Positions 8,967-17,813 of a DNA stretch of 64,000 nucleotides are shown piece by piece (within the stretch, counting starts at the first letter, position 1; every line of letters begins with the position of its first letter). The notes beneath the pieces were generated by a model, which was not told the origin of the DNA, did not search any database, and saw nothing but the letters and a program-made list of their open reading frames with translations. Made by a program: the position numbers and the translations under genes. Source of the stretch: a virus; the IMG/VR virus record IMGVR_UViG_3300027733_000032; one strand, given 5' to 3'.

Positions 8967-9317
8967 TTATTCGCCCTTGAGTATTCTCAAGACTTCTTTG
9001 AGGTCGTCTTTGACTTGCTCTTGTTCGTCGTGAGTCCAAGCGTCGTCATCAACTATGAACTTGGTTGCGATGAACGCCGTAATCGTTGGTACAACCACGA
9101 ACACGGCAGACATAACTAACAGTATGCCCATAATCCTGCCACTGACAGTGTGAGGGTACTCGTCGCCGTAGCCAACAGTGGTAAGCGTCATCATTCCCCA
9201 CCAAGCAGAGTCCCAAGCATTGTGGTGTTCTGTGACTCCATAGGTTGCTATTGCGCCTATGTAAACAGAGGTCAAATAGCCAGCAAGCAAGAACATCCTG
9301 CGATGTGTTGTGTTCAC
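8967..9317 (-). CDS. two-TM potassium channel (KcsA-like, Ion_trans_2)
   Basis: Pore helix and filter WDSAWWGMMTLTTVGYGDEYP flanked by two TM helices; leaderless GTG after class B promoter. Confidence 0.9.
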   Translation of the reverse strand: MNTTHRRMFLLAGYLTSVYIGAIATYGVTEHHNAWDSAWWGMMTLTTVGYGDEYPHTVSGRIMGILLVMSAVFVVVPTITAFIATKFIVDDDAWTHDEQEQVKDDLKEVLRILKGE

Positions 9318-9408
9318 TACTTCAGCAAACTGTCTATTGGTATAAGAAACAACCTGTGTATAGATTTATTTGTCCACAGGGTGTGGATAACTCGGGGCTT
9401 CGGCAGCA

Positions 9409-9798
9409 TCAGGTGATTAGGCAGTCGCCATCAACGACAACCGTTTCCATGTATCGCATGAGTACCGCCTCACGCAAGTTGCTTGGCGTTCCTACGCTAT
9501 CCCATAGGGAGACGAGTTCGTATATTTCCTCAATGACTTCATCGGCTAAGTAGTTGCTCAGAAACAAGTTCCAACCAGCCCCGCTCTCAAACACATCAAG
9601 TGCTGTCATTGAGTGAAAGTAATCCAACCCGTCGGCGTGTCTAGTGGCGATAGCGACATGCCAGTCCCCATTTTCGGGTGCGTCAATATATGAGCAATCC
9701 AACCTGCCTCGCTCTTCGTCAGTCATCGTGTTATCTACATCACTCCATAGCGTGAGTGAATGTGAGAATGGGCGATAACAAATATGGATAATGGTCAT
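9409..9798 (-). CDS. hypothetical protein, paralog of 2606-2953
   Basis: ATGA-coupled start at 9798; shared GAGWNLFL motif. Confidence 0.8.
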   Translation of the reverse strand: MTIIHICYRPFSHSLTLWSDVDNTMTDEERGRLDCSYIDAPENGDWHVAIATRHADGLDYFHSMTALDVFESGAGWNLFLSNYLADEVIEEIYELVSLWDSVGTPSNLREAVLMRYMETVVVDGDCLIT

Positions 9799-10166
9799 GT
9801 CATCAGACTTGCTCTCCACTCAGCGTGGGTGACAATGAAGTTTCTTGCTGAGTATCGCTTATCCTCGTAAACAATGAACGGCTCTCCATCTCCCTGAAAG
9901 AATACTGTAGGGATAGGGTATTCATTATCGCCTGCTGGTTCTCCGACCATAATGCCGTAGCCCGTTGCCTCGCCCGTACAACCCGTAAGGGTGTCAAAGA
10001 TAATGCGACTAGCGTATGTCTCATCGTCAAGCCTGCCGTTATCGTGTGCCTTGTATAAGCCTTCAGCCAATATGCGAGCAATGTCATCGCCGTGCCAATG
10101 TGTATAGAAGTAGATAGGCGTTGCGTTCGTACTCTGAACGATGCCGATATGTCCTCGTGAGCCCAT
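9795..10166 (-). CDS. conserved phage hypothetical protein (MG.R...Y.HW.G type)
   Basis: SD-led ATG at 10166 (GAGGGAG); MGSRGHI...YTHWHG resembles a widespread phage family. Confidence 0.75.
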   Translation of the reverse strand: MGSRGHIGIVQSTNATPIYFYTHWHGDDIARILAEGLYKAHDNGRLDDETYASRIIFDTLTGCTGEATGYGIMVGEPAGDNEYPIPTVFFQGDGEPFIVYEDKRYSARNFIVTHAEWRASLMT

Positions 10167-10218
10167 GATAGGTACTCCCTCTCTGTAGGTGTACCTATCT
10201 ATCGGTATGGGAGTTTCG

Positions 10219-10584
10219 TTAGTTGGGCGACTTTTTATTCTTATGCCCGAACAGTCGGTTGAGCCACCCGAGTCCCGCATCCGAGCGTGACCGCTCTTCG
10301 TTTTCTGGCAAAGAGTCATTCCAATGAGGAAGGTTTTGTTGGTGAACCATCTCCAATAATCTGTGTGGGTTCAGCGTATGTCGCCACACACGGTCACCGC
10401 TATCCTCGTATAAGTCCAAGACAAAAGAGTCAATCTCGTAATCGGCTGTAACCCACTCACCATCGGGGCTCTCAACCTGCGGGCAGTTGAGTATGTCCGC
10501 TATACCAATGGTCAAGTCGCCGAGTTCCAAGTCAGTTGCGTCGTCATCTGTGGTGAAGGTTATGTTGATGTTATAGACAGCCAT
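10219..10584 (-). CDS. hypothetical protein
   Basis: GGAG SD before ATG. Confidence 0.7.
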   Translation of the reverse strand: MAVYNINITFTTDDDATDLELGDLTIGIADILNCPQVESPDGEWVTADYEIDSFVLDLYEDSGDRVWRHTLNPHRLLEMVHQQNLPHWNDSLPENEERSRSDAGLGWLNRLFGHKNKKSPN

Positions 10585-10589
10585 TGAGT

Positions 10590-10755
10590 TCTCCGAGGTC
10601 CCGCCGTCACAGTAGCATTTACGGGGATAAAGCGAAGCACCCCCACACCAAGTCGAGGGTGTGAGGGTGCCGTCTCCCCGACATAACAGGGATTAGGTGA
10701 AGGTTGTCGGGGGAGATGTCTTAGGGCAGGGCTTGCGCCCCACCCCCTAGCCCGT
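10590..10755 (-). ncRNA. candidate multi-hairpin RNA element
   Basis: Four stacked hairpins incl. GGGC-GCAA-GCCC (GNRA loop), TCTCCCCCGACAA/TATGTCGGGGAGA, GCACCCTCACACC/GGTGTGGGGGTGC; no ORF. Confidence 0.45.
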
Positions 10756-10758
10756 GAC

Positions 10759-10965
10759 TCAGAGTTCGTTAGCCATACGACTAGCCATACGAGCCATTGT
10801 CTCGCTGAGTCTGGCGTACGCTATGCCCAAGTTTTCGTTGGTGACGAAAGGGCAGAACGGTGACTCAACTCCAGCAGAGATGAGGGCTTGGACTCCAGCG
10901 ATTGCGCTGATGAGTTCGGAAATGGTCATTGCCTGCGTTGTGCGCTCGGCGTAGGTGGTGGTCAT
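10759..10965 (-). CDS. hypothetical protein
   Basis: Leaderless ATG after class A promoter. Confidence 0.75.
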   Translation of the reverse strand: MTTTYAERTTQAMTISELISAIAGVQALISAGVESPFCPFVTNENLGIAYARLSETMARMASRMANEL

Positions 10966-11070
10966 ATCTATGTATCGGTATGGGTATCTCGTTAGTTGCG
11001 TGTTTGTTTATCCACAAGGTGTGGATAAGTTCTGAGACAACTAATAAAACTCCCGAACCGATAAGTGAGT

Positions 11071-11277
11071 ATGACAGAGTTTATCTATCCCGAAGTTGGC
11101 AAAGTAGCCAACATAAACAACTTTAACCGCTCGGGCATTAAGGCGTTCGTTAGCGATGGTGGCACTAAATGTCGCCGTTGCGATAGGCTCATTGCTGAGG
11201 GCGAAACCTTTACTTGGGTTCGTGGCAAGGGTAACTATCACATCGGAAGTTGCCCCAAACCTGAGCAGGAGAAGTAA
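11071..11277 (+). CDS. small Zn-binding protein
   Basis: Leaderless ATG at 11071; CRRC...H...C. Confidence 0.75.
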   Translation: MTEFIYPEVGKVANINNFNRSGIKAFVSDGGTKCRRCDRLIAEGETFTWVRGKGNYHIGSCPKPEQEK

Positions 11278-11453
11278 TGGGCATCATTTCTAACATCGTC
11301 GCCTACAAAATCGGCAAGAGTCGTGGAAGTCGGGACTCCGAAGTTGTTGTCGTGAATGAAAGTCGTGACCCTGAGTGTCTCAACTACGAGTCGTTCTGTA
11401 AAAACTTTGGTTCGTGCGACGGGCAGGAATGTGATTACGGCGATGATGAATGA
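11277..11453 (+). CDS. 58-aa Cys-rich hypothetical protein
   Basis: TAATG overlap with upstream stop; below track cutoff. Confidence 0.6.
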   Translation: MGIISNIVAYKIGKSRGSRDSEVVVVNESRDPECLNYESFCKNFGSCDGQECDYGDDE

Positions 11454-11673
11454 CAATGCCAGCGTCTTTATTGACGGCGTTCCTAGCCCCGAGGAAATGG
11501 AAGAGTTCAACAAAGGTCCATTTATGGCTATGCGGACACGAATGGGTCCGACTGTTTACTGGGGTCCGTTCGCCACTCTTGACGATGTTCGTTCGTGGGT
11601 GTCACAGCAACACTTCAGCGTTGCGATAATCAAACTAAATGACCCGAACGGCAATCCTGACTCTTGGTGGTAA
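11443..11673 (+). CDS. hypothetical protein
   Basis: Start moved to 11443, overlapping previous stop. Confidence 0.6.
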   Translation: MMNDNASVFIDGVPSPEEMEEFNKGPFMAMRTRMGPTVYWGPFATLDDVRSWVSQQHFSVAIIKLNDPNGNPDSWW

Positions 11674-11686
11674 AAAACGGGGCTAG

Positions 11687-11875
11687 TCACCACGCCTTGC
11701 GTATGTAAGCAAAGTCCTTTTCAGTTACTCTGACTCGCCTATTCACCCGTTGCTTAGGCAATAACTCAGGTCGGAGTTCTTTGAGTTCCATCACGAAGCA
11801 CTCAGAGAACGGAATGTGAGCCCCGCACTCTTGGTAACGCTGGTGAACGGCGTTGAGGAAGTCAGCGAATGTCAT
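11687..11875 (-). CDS. hypothetical protein
   Basis: ATGA-coupled start at 11875. Confidence 0.55.
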   Translation of the reverse strand: MTFADFLNAVHQRYQECGAHIPFSECFVMELKELRPELLPKQRVNRRVRVTEKDFAYIRKAW

Positions 11876-12180
11876 CGCATTGAGGGGTGTGTCACGGGAA
11901 TGAGTAGTGAGCGAGAACGCCCGTACCACAGCCCACTTAAACCTCTGTATCGGTACACCTTGTCTGTCCCCACGAAGCGAACATAGCGAGGTGCCCCACC
12001 ATTGCGCCACCTATTGCGGATTGGCTCAACGCAAACGGAGTTAAGACCCGTGTTCAGATAAAACTGCGGACTGAACCAACTGAACCTATAAGTCAAAAAT
12101 GCCATAACGCCGACAGCCCCGTACACGGGGTCAGTCTTGACATCAACGATGCCGTACACGCCATTGGGGAGAGTGTTCAC
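11872..12180 (-). CDS. hypothetical protein
   Basis: Overlap-coupled. Confidence 0.6.
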   Translation of the reverse strand: MNTLPNGVYGIVDVKTDPVYGAVGVMAFLTYRFSWFSPQFYLNTGLNSVCVEPIRNRWRNGGAPRYVRFVGTDKVYRYRGLSGLWYGRSRSLLIPVTHPSMR

Positions 12181-12437
12181 TTGGTCACCATTCCTGCTAT
12201 TTCGTCGTAGCCCTGTGTGTAGCCATTCTCAAACATTGCAATGAGTCCAGCCTTGACTTTTTCGTCGCTGTTGGGGTTGTCATTGTCCCCGAACACAACG
12301 GCAATGAGCCATAGGTCGGAAACATAATCCCAAGGCTCGGTGTCCTCAAGCGTGAACATTCCAACGACTGCGTCGGCTGTACCTATTTCGTAGCCACGCT
12401 GATATGCCTGCTGTGCGATTTTCAAGTTGTTTGTCAT
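12177..12437 (-). CDS. hypothetical protein
   Basis: Leaderless ATG at 12437 after class A promoter. Confidence 0.75.
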   Translation of the reverse strand: MTNNLKIAQQAYQRGYEIGTADAVVGMFTLEDTEPWDYVSDLWLIAVVFGDNDNPNSDEKVKAGLIAMFENGYTQGYDEIAGMVTK

Positions 12438-12498
12438 ATTCATCTATCGGTTCGGTGATTTCCTTAGTTGGGTCAAAGTTTATCCACAGGAATAGAGA

Positions 12499-12727
12499 AG
12501 CCCACCAACGAGAGGGCGACTCTCCATCGGTTGCTCTCCATCTAGATAGAGAGCCGAGGCGTTCATAGTCCTTGCGGGTGCGTGTCGGGCAGAGGGTGGC
12601 GTGAGTGATGGAGGGACTGGGTACACCGCCTAGGACAGGTAGAGCCAGTATCGCATACTCAGAGGCGGTCGTAACCTTCAGAGGCTTGCGGTGCTATGTC
12701 CGCCCCCCGATGTTGCTGGTGGGCTAC
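12499..12727 (-). ncRNA. candidate structured ncRNA, ~229 nt
   Basis: Class A promoter with no ATG; 5' AGCCCACCAGC pairs with 3' GTTGGTGGGCT; CATCGG/CCGATG, ACCGCCT/AGGCGGT, CTCTCTATC/GATGGAGAG, GAGAG/CTCTC helices; C-rich central tract. Confidence 0.7.
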
Positions 12728-12905
12728 ATCTGAGTATCGGTTAGGCGATTGCGTTAGTTGTCTCAATGTTTATCCACAGATTTATCCACAGGATGATTTC
12801 AATAAGTACGCCATACATTTCACGATGCGTGTACGCACGGGGGAAGCCCCGGCTTCATAACGCAACGCTTGACGGTGGCGGAAAGGAACTATAAAGTTAC
12901 ATTCC

Positions 12906-13196
12906 ATGCCGACAATCAAAGAAATTAAAAAACGCAACATAGAGGCAGATGAACACTTCTTTGATGTGGAAACAATCAACTTCTTTAACAGCAAGGTTTA
13001 CAGGACTACTCACGGGTTTCACTTCACAACCTCAGAGCGGGGCCCCTCGGGAGTTCGTTGTTACTCGGTTCGTGTGATTGATTGGGAAACAGGAAGAATT
13101 AAAACCGTAGGTAAGTTCCAGCAGTTTTCCACTTTGCGAGAAGCATACAAGTTTGCTGACAAGCAGAACACTTGTTCGTCGCAGTTGAATAACTAG
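12906..13196 (+). CDS. conserved phage hypothetical protein
   Basis: HFFD..T..FF.S+V...F.TSE motif resembles a known phage family. Confidence 0.7.
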   Translation: MPTIKEIKKRNIEADEHFFDVETINFFNSKVYRTTHGFHFTTSERGPSGVRCYSVRVIDWETGRIKTVGKFQQFSTLREAYKFADKQNTCSSQLNN

Positions 13197-13489
13197 AGTT
13201 TGTAGTCGCCAATACATTTGTAGGAGTCCGAGCCCAACTCCATAACATACAAGGTGTAGCCCTTAGGGAACTGCGGACGGTTGCGTTCTACCAAGCCCCG
13301 CACGGTGGACACTCGTTCCATTGCTTCTTTCTTAGTTGCGTAAGAGCGATAACAACGACCATCGGTTTCCCATTGCGACAGAACACAAAACTCGGGGCTC
13401 TGCGGAAAGGCTACGACCTCAACGCCATTAGGAAGGGCGAAGGTTGCTGTTGGCTTTGCGCCTTTTTTGAGTGTCCCTGTGGGCTTCAT
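13193..13489 (-). CDS. hypothetical protein
   Basis: ATGA-coupled. Confidence 0.65.
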   Translation of the reverse strand: MKPTGTLKKGAKPTATFALPNGVEVVAFPQSPEFCVLSQWETDGRCYRSYATKKEAMERVSTVRGLVERNRPQFPKGYTLYVMELGSDSYKCIGDYKL

Positions 13490-13665
13490 GTGCTTCTCGG
13501 TTTCTCTGATGTCCTGACATAAGGGGACTTCATAGCATGAGCATACGCCCTGTCGTGACTAAGTCCGTGTATGTGCTTGCCCATTATGTATTCGGTGGCA
13601 AACTTGCGTGACCACCCGTGTTCATTGACGGAACGAAGGATAAGCAAGTCAAGGCTCAACGCCAT
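13486..13665 (-). CDS. 59-aa hypothetical protein, paralog of 3422-3598
   Basis: MALSLDLLILRSVNEHGWSRKFATEYIMGKHIHGLSHDRAYAHAMKSPYV...; below track cutoff. Confidence 0.75.
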   Translation of the reverse strand: MALSLDLLILRSVNEHGWSRKFATEYIMGKHIHGLSHDRAYAHAMKSPYVRTSEKPRST

Positions 13666-14060
13666 TCCCTACTCCTGACTAGATAGAAGGGAAGGTTTGT
13701 CAGCCGACTAAAGAACCGCCGAACCCGATGAAGGAAACGCCAGCCAATACCGCTGTGCCACAGTTTAATGTCGTGCTCCTCGTAAAGAGCCCAAGGTTCG
13801 TTTTCTACCAAAGACTCAAACCAGGCGTCCAAGTCTTGTGAATACTCAGGCGAAGTGAGGTAAGCGTCCGTTACCGAACCCATGAAAGGCATACCATTAG
13901 GGCGAGCCTGAATGGCAGGCAGGCAATCTCGTTGCCAAGCCTCAAAGTTCTCCTCGTACTCAGCGGACTCTAGGTATTCGTCCTCTAAGGCTTCTAGTTC
14001 CTCTCCGTGTTGGATACTGTCTTGGAAGGGTTGTTCTAACCATGCGTCGTAGTTGCTCAT
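13656..14060 (-). CDS. hypothetical acidic protein
   Basis: Leaderless ATG after class A promoter. Confidence 0.8.
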   Translation of the reverse strand: MSNYDAWLEQPFQDSIQHGEELEALEDEYLESAEYEENFEAWQRDCLPAIQARPNGMPFMGSVTDAYLTSPEYSQDLDAWFESLVENEPWALYEEHDIKLWHSGIGWRFLHRVRRFFSRLTNLPFYLVRSREWR

Positions 14061-14095
14061 ACCTACCTATCGGTTCGGGTATTTCATTAGTTGGG

Positions 14096-14365
14096 TCAAA
14101 GTTTATTTGAGTTACGGCTGACGAGGTCTATGACTGCGTCGTTCGGCGTAGCCCCGCGCCCAATGAACTGCGCTTTTTCACTCAACCAAAACTCTTGACA
14201 CTCGGAGTCCTCGGATATTGCCTCTTCGGGTATTTCGTGACAGTTAGCAATAGCGAACCAAGCACCATCTTCGTATGCGCCCCCATAACGGGACTGCCGA
14301 ACGACAATCGGGTACGGGTTGAACGGCAACGCCCGACCACCGCTGAGTACCGTCGCTAAGGTCAT
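14096..14365 (-). CDS. hypothetical protein
   Basis: ATGA-coupled; SRYGG.YE.G.W motif. Confidence 0.7.
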   Translation of the reverse strand: MTLATVLSGGRALPFNPYPIVVRQSRYGGAYEDGAWFAIANCHEIPEEAISEDSECQEFWLSEKAQFIGRGATPNDAVIDLVSRNSNKL

Positions 14366-14700
14366 GTGTAGAAGGGCATGACGATAATGGGAGTTGTCTC
14401 TCCCATGTACGCACCTACGCAGTTGAAGTCAATGTATTCCATCGCTGTCTCGTCGTCCATGCCGTCCCGCTTCATGAGTACCTCAACCATCTTGTCGTAT
14501 GAATAGACGGCGAGGAGTGGTTCGTTGATGCGTTGCGAGTAGCCAATACAGGCTTCATCAAAACCGTCCATGAGAAGTGGGGTCTCTCCCATTTCCTGTA
14601 GTTGTTCTTCAATGATTGCTCTAGTAATCACGGTTGCCCCTTTCGGCATTGTGTCGTATTCGGTTGATGCGTCTTTATAGCGAAATGGATTAAACTCCAC
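14362..14700 (-). CDS. conserved phage hypothetical protein
   Basis: DGFDEA.IG...AVYSYDK...A.EY.DFN..GAY.GE.TP motif common in aquatic phages; GTG start overlapping upstream TAG. Confidence 0.8.
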   Translation of the reverse strand: MEFNPFRYKDASTEYDTMPKGATVITRAIIEEQLQEMGETPLLMDGFDEACIGYSQRINEPLLAVYSYDKMVEVLMKRDGMDDETAMEYIDFNCVGAYMGETTPIIVMPFYT

Positions 14701-14795
14701 TACCGCTTCCAATACTTAATAGCGAACATTCCCCCCACTCCAAGAGCGAGAGCGAAACATAAGAAAATAGAGTCAAAGTTAAGTGTCACGGACAT
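14700..14795 (-). CDS. 31-aa single-TM peptide
   Basis: AAGGAG SD; MSVTLNFDSIFLCFALALGVGGMFAIKYWKR. Confidence 0.6.
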   Translation of the reverse strand: MSVTLNFDSIFLCFALALGVGGMFAIKYWKR

Positions 14796-14829
14796 AAGTT
14801 ACTCCTTGATAGTGATACAGACAATAACA

Positions 14830-15186
14830 CTAGCCTCTGTCTCTAACCGCCTCTGCCACCATACGCAAGACACCGTAGTGGTGCGAGATGATTTCTAGGT
14901 CATGAGCAGGAACATCGTGGTCATCACCGTCGTATTCCCCGTTCTCGTTCATTGCGCCAAACACGACGCAAGTTCCGCAGAGGATACGCCCGAACAAAGC
15001 GGTAGCGATGGGATTAACGGGGAGTCCGTCAATAAGACCCGTGTCGTGGACATAGCCAATAATGGTCTCGCTACGAACGCAGTCAAACCAACCGCCCACC
15101 ATTTCGTGGATTTCGCTATGGGTCACGCCCACATCAAAGGTCTTTGCGGTTACTGAGTTCTCTGTGATGATGATTGCTGTTGTCAT
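14830..15186 (-). CDS. DUF3846-like protein
   Basis: Leaderless ATG; VGG.FD.V...GLPVN..AT.L.G..LCG..VV.G. Confidence 0.75.
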   Translation of the reverse strand: MTTAIIITENSVTAKTFDVGVTHSEIHEMVGGWFDCVRSETIIGYVHDTGLIDGLPVNPIATALFGRILCGTCVVFGAMNENGEYDGDDHDVPAHDLEIISHHYGVLRMVAEAVRDRG

Positions 15187-15228
15187 ATATCCCTATCGGT
15201 TTCGTGATTTCTTTAGTTGGGTCACTTT

Positions 15229-15474
15229 TTATTCACCCTTACTGAAGGCGATGACGGCTCGTTGGGTTCTGCCATTTTTGATTGCGACGGCGACGCAGTT
15301 CTCAAAGTCCTCGTCCACTTCCCACGCCCAATGGTAGAGGTCGCAGATAAGGTCAATGAGTAGTTCCTCGCTATTGCGGGGGTCGCCATCAGGAGTCCCG
15401 TATCCGTCCGCTTCCCAACTCAGGTTGCGGAAGTATTCCATTACTTTGTCGGCTCTGTCTAGTGGCGTACTCAT
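15229..15474 (-). CDS. hypothetical protein
   Basis: ATGA-coupled start; DLI.DL.HW motif. Confidence 0.7.
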   Translation of the reverse strand: MSTPLDRADKVMEYFRNLSWEADGYGTPDGDPRNSEELLIDLICDLYHWAWEVDEDFENCVAVAIKNGRTQRAVIAFSKGE

Positions 15475-15893
15475 ACTGTCTCCCAATACTCGTCGTCGGC
15501 AAGCAGTTCTGTTGCTGACGCAATAGCCTCGGTGAGAGTGTGCTGTACGCAGTCACTCCAACCTTGCTCTTCGGCATATAGGTCAAACCAAGAGTTGTTT
15601 ATCCAATCAAGGCGACCACTTTCGGAAGCCTCGTAAATGTCGTTGTCGTTTTTGATATCGCCCCATTGGTCGCAATACCTGATAACTTCGTGACCTTTGC
15701 TCCAATCGGTGGGGTCGTATGCGAGGTGTGCCCTCTGCTCCCCATCGGAGTAGATATAGACTGTACGCTCGCCGTTGCTGACGCTTGCCACGATGTCGTG
15801 GTGGTCTGCTGAGTGTGTGTACCAAGCAGAGTCTTCACGCCCTTGCGAACGCTCGTCGGGTTGATGCCATGTGATGTTGATGGTGGTGGTCAT
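15471..15893 (-). CDS. hypothetical protein
   Basis: Leaderless ATG after class A promoter. Confidence 0.8.
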   Translation of the reverse strand: MTTTINITWHQPDERSQGREDSAWYTHSADHHDIVASVSNGERTVYIYSDGEQRAHLAYDPTDWSKGHEVIRYCDQWGDIKNDNDIYEASESGRLDWINNSWFDLYAEEQGWSDCVQHTLTEAIASATELLADDEYWETV

Positions 15894-16165
15894 AAGTATG
15901 TATCGGTATCAGTATTGCGGTAGTTGGTTGATGGTTTATCCACAGAGTTATCCACAAGACCTTGTAGGATTTTGTAGATTGCGAGGTCTGCTTGCTCTAG
16001 TTCCTCTGTAACGGGGCTCCACTCCATCTCGCTGTCGTTCCAAATGGTTCGCTGTGAGTCAATGGCTATGTCAGGCTGTACGACGAAACGCAGTTGCCCG
16101 TCCCGCATCTCCGCCATCACGGGGAAATAGAACTGTAAGCCTTCGGGGATTTCAGGTGCGTCCAT
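15890..16165 (-). CDS. hypothetical protein
   Basis: Start moved to MDAPEI just after upstream stop. Confidence 0.6.
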   Translation of the reverse strand: MDAPEIPEGLQFYFPVMAEMRDGQLRFVVQPDIAIDSQRTIWNDSEMEWSPVTEELEQADLAIYKILQGLVDNSVDKPSTNYRNTDTDTYL

Positions 16166-16167
16166 TG

Positions 16168-16374
16168 CTAGACCTCGCAGTCGTGTCCGTAGAGCCACTC
16201 GGCGTGGTCAATCTCATTAGCAAGGTCAAACGCTCGCTCACACTCAACGCAAACATTGAGAAGTAGGTTTCCCCGTCCATCACACACATCGCATTGCGTT
16301 GCGTCGCCGTGTCCTGTCCACACTCCACCATGACCCGTACAGGCAGGGCAGATTTTTTTAGTTGTGTCGTTCAT
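16168..16374 (-). CDS. Zn-ribbon protein (DnaJ-like CxxCxGxG repeats)
   Basis: Leaderless ATG; CPACTGHG, CDVCDGRG, CVEC. Confidence 0.75.
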   Translation of the reverse strand: MNDTTKKICPACTGHGGVWTGHGDATQCDVCDGRGNLLLNVCVECERAFDLANEIDHAEWLYGHDCEV

Positions 16375-16468
16375 ACCCAAGTATCGGTTCTCTCGTTACG
16401 GTAGTTGGTTGAGAGTTTATCCACAGACTCAGAAGCAGGAGCCCCGTATCCGTAGTTGGCAGGGGGCT

Positions 16469-16714
16469 TCACCACCCTTCCTGCTCCATCTCAAAGCGAA
16501 TATTATCTCGCTCTCGTTCTTCAGGTGTCATATCCATATAGTAAGGGACGGGCTCTTCACCAAGAGACTGTCGCCACGCTTGTGGTGCGTCGCTGGCAAG
16601 TCCGCCACCCATCACCCAATTCATGACGAACTCTCCGTAGGCTTCGCCTTCTGCGTCGTACTCTGCTTCGGCTAGGCTTTCGTGGGTTTCATCAATCAAG
16701 TCGTTGTTGTCCAT
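16469..16714 (-). CDS. acidic hypothetical protein
   Basis: Start moved to leaderless ATG 5 nt after class B motif. Confidence 0.75.
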   Translation of the reverse strand: MDNNDLIDETHESLAEAEYDAEGEAYGEFVMNWVMGGGLASDAPQAWRQSLGEEPVPYYMDMTPEERERDNIRFEMEQEGW

Positions 16715-16889
16715 AACTTCATTGAACACTCTAATATTAATAGTAACAACCTATAGTGAGATTTATTTACTTACAGCCACCACATCGGCGCACTTTGACA
16801 ATGCGCTGGACATAGGCAGGACGATGACGCTCAGGCTTCTTAGCCTCTGGTTGTTCTGGTTGTTCGGGTTCATTTGCCATGTCTCTATT

Positions 16890-17162
16890 TTACACGGTGG
16901 CGGAAAGGGAACTGCGCAACAGCGAACCGTGAGTACAGCCCCGCACTTGGACATTAGCGTACCTGTCTCGGTAGTAATCCACCCGTGCTTCGGCGACTTC
17001 TCGCTCGTCAGAGTTTGAGATGCTATGGATTTCCCACTCAACAGGTTCTATGATGCCCTTAGCAAACTCCTCGTCATCAGGATTTAGTGGATAATGAGCG
17101 AGGATAATGATGTGAGACAAGTCTGTGCTCTCATCGGGGAACTTAATGTATGTTTGCTTCAT
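16890..17162 (-). CDS. hypothetical protein
   Basis: Leaderless ATG 5 nt after class B variant GTTTGCTG. Confidence 0.7.
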   Translation of the reverse strand: MKQTYIKFPDESTDLSHIIILAHYPLNPDDEEFAKGIIEPVEWEIHSISNSDEREVAEARVDYYRDRYANVQVRGCTHGSLLRSSLSATV

Positions 17163-17223
17163 ACATACAGCAAACTATCTAATCTGACTATCCACAACCC
17201 CCTGTGGATAAAGTCTCATAGAT

Positions 17224-17658
17224 TTATGGGTTGCCCCACATCAGCCTGAGTTCATCTACCTCGTCGTTCACCAAACCCGGGGCTGTCAGCATAAGTCCCC
17301 GTAGGTCTATTTCGTCAGTCTCCCAAAACTCCTCGTACTCCTCATCGTCCATTTCACGAACGCCCCTATCAAGCAAGAGCCATTCACCAATGTCGGACAG
17401 ATAACGGAGTTCGTCCTCGCTAATACCGCTTTCCTTTGAGAGAGTTGTGATGCCTTTAGTGAAGGGTATGTTGTCGTTGAGTGCGATGGTACGCAAAAGA
17501 CGGACTGCGACATTGGCAATAACCGCACCATTGGGTCGCCAAAGAGTCCCGTGTTCACCGTGTCGCCTAAGCGTTGCTGAGAGGTAACGCAATCTGCGTC
17601 GGTCACTCTTGTCCATTAGAACAACGAGTTCATCGTTATGCCTACGGAGATGAGGCAA
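17224..17658 (-). CDS. hypothetical protein
   Basis: ORF track; operon context. Confidence 0.65.
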   Translation of the reverse strand: MPHLRRHNDELVVLMDKSDRRRLRYLSATLRRHGEHGTLWRPNGAVIANVAVRLLRTIALNDNIPFTKGITTLSKESGISEDELRYLSDIGEWLLLDRGVREMDDEEYEEFWETDEIDLRGLMLTAPGLVNDEVDELRLMWGNP

Positions 17659-17813
17659 TATTCGTGAACATAGGAAGGGAACTCGTCCTCAATCTTCACA
17701 ATGGTTTTCTTGTTGGGTTTTGCCCAGCCCTTTATCATCTGAAGTGTCTGTTGCGACTTCAGGTTTACTTCCAGCCCACACTTGGAACAGGTGTAGAGGG
17801 GCGGTAGTCCCAT
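17616..17813 (-). CDS. small Zn-binding protein
   Basis: CSKC...HEYC; GGAG SD. Confidence 0.55.
   Translation of the reverse strand: MGLPPLYTCSKCGLEVNLKSQQTLQMIKGWAKPNKKTIVKIEDEFPSYVHEYCLISVGITMNSLF

Noticed and set aside
11948-11954. Extra class A promoter (TATCGGT)
   Set aside because: No TAGTTG element 11 nt away; lies within a CDS.
12499-12727. tmRNA, RNase P RNA, SRP RNA or Y RNA identity for the long ncRNA
   Set aside because: Lacks GGGG 5' end with a T-loop/CCA 3' end, the RNase P GAGGAAAGUCC motif, the SRP GGAA tetraloop domain and the Ro-binding stem.
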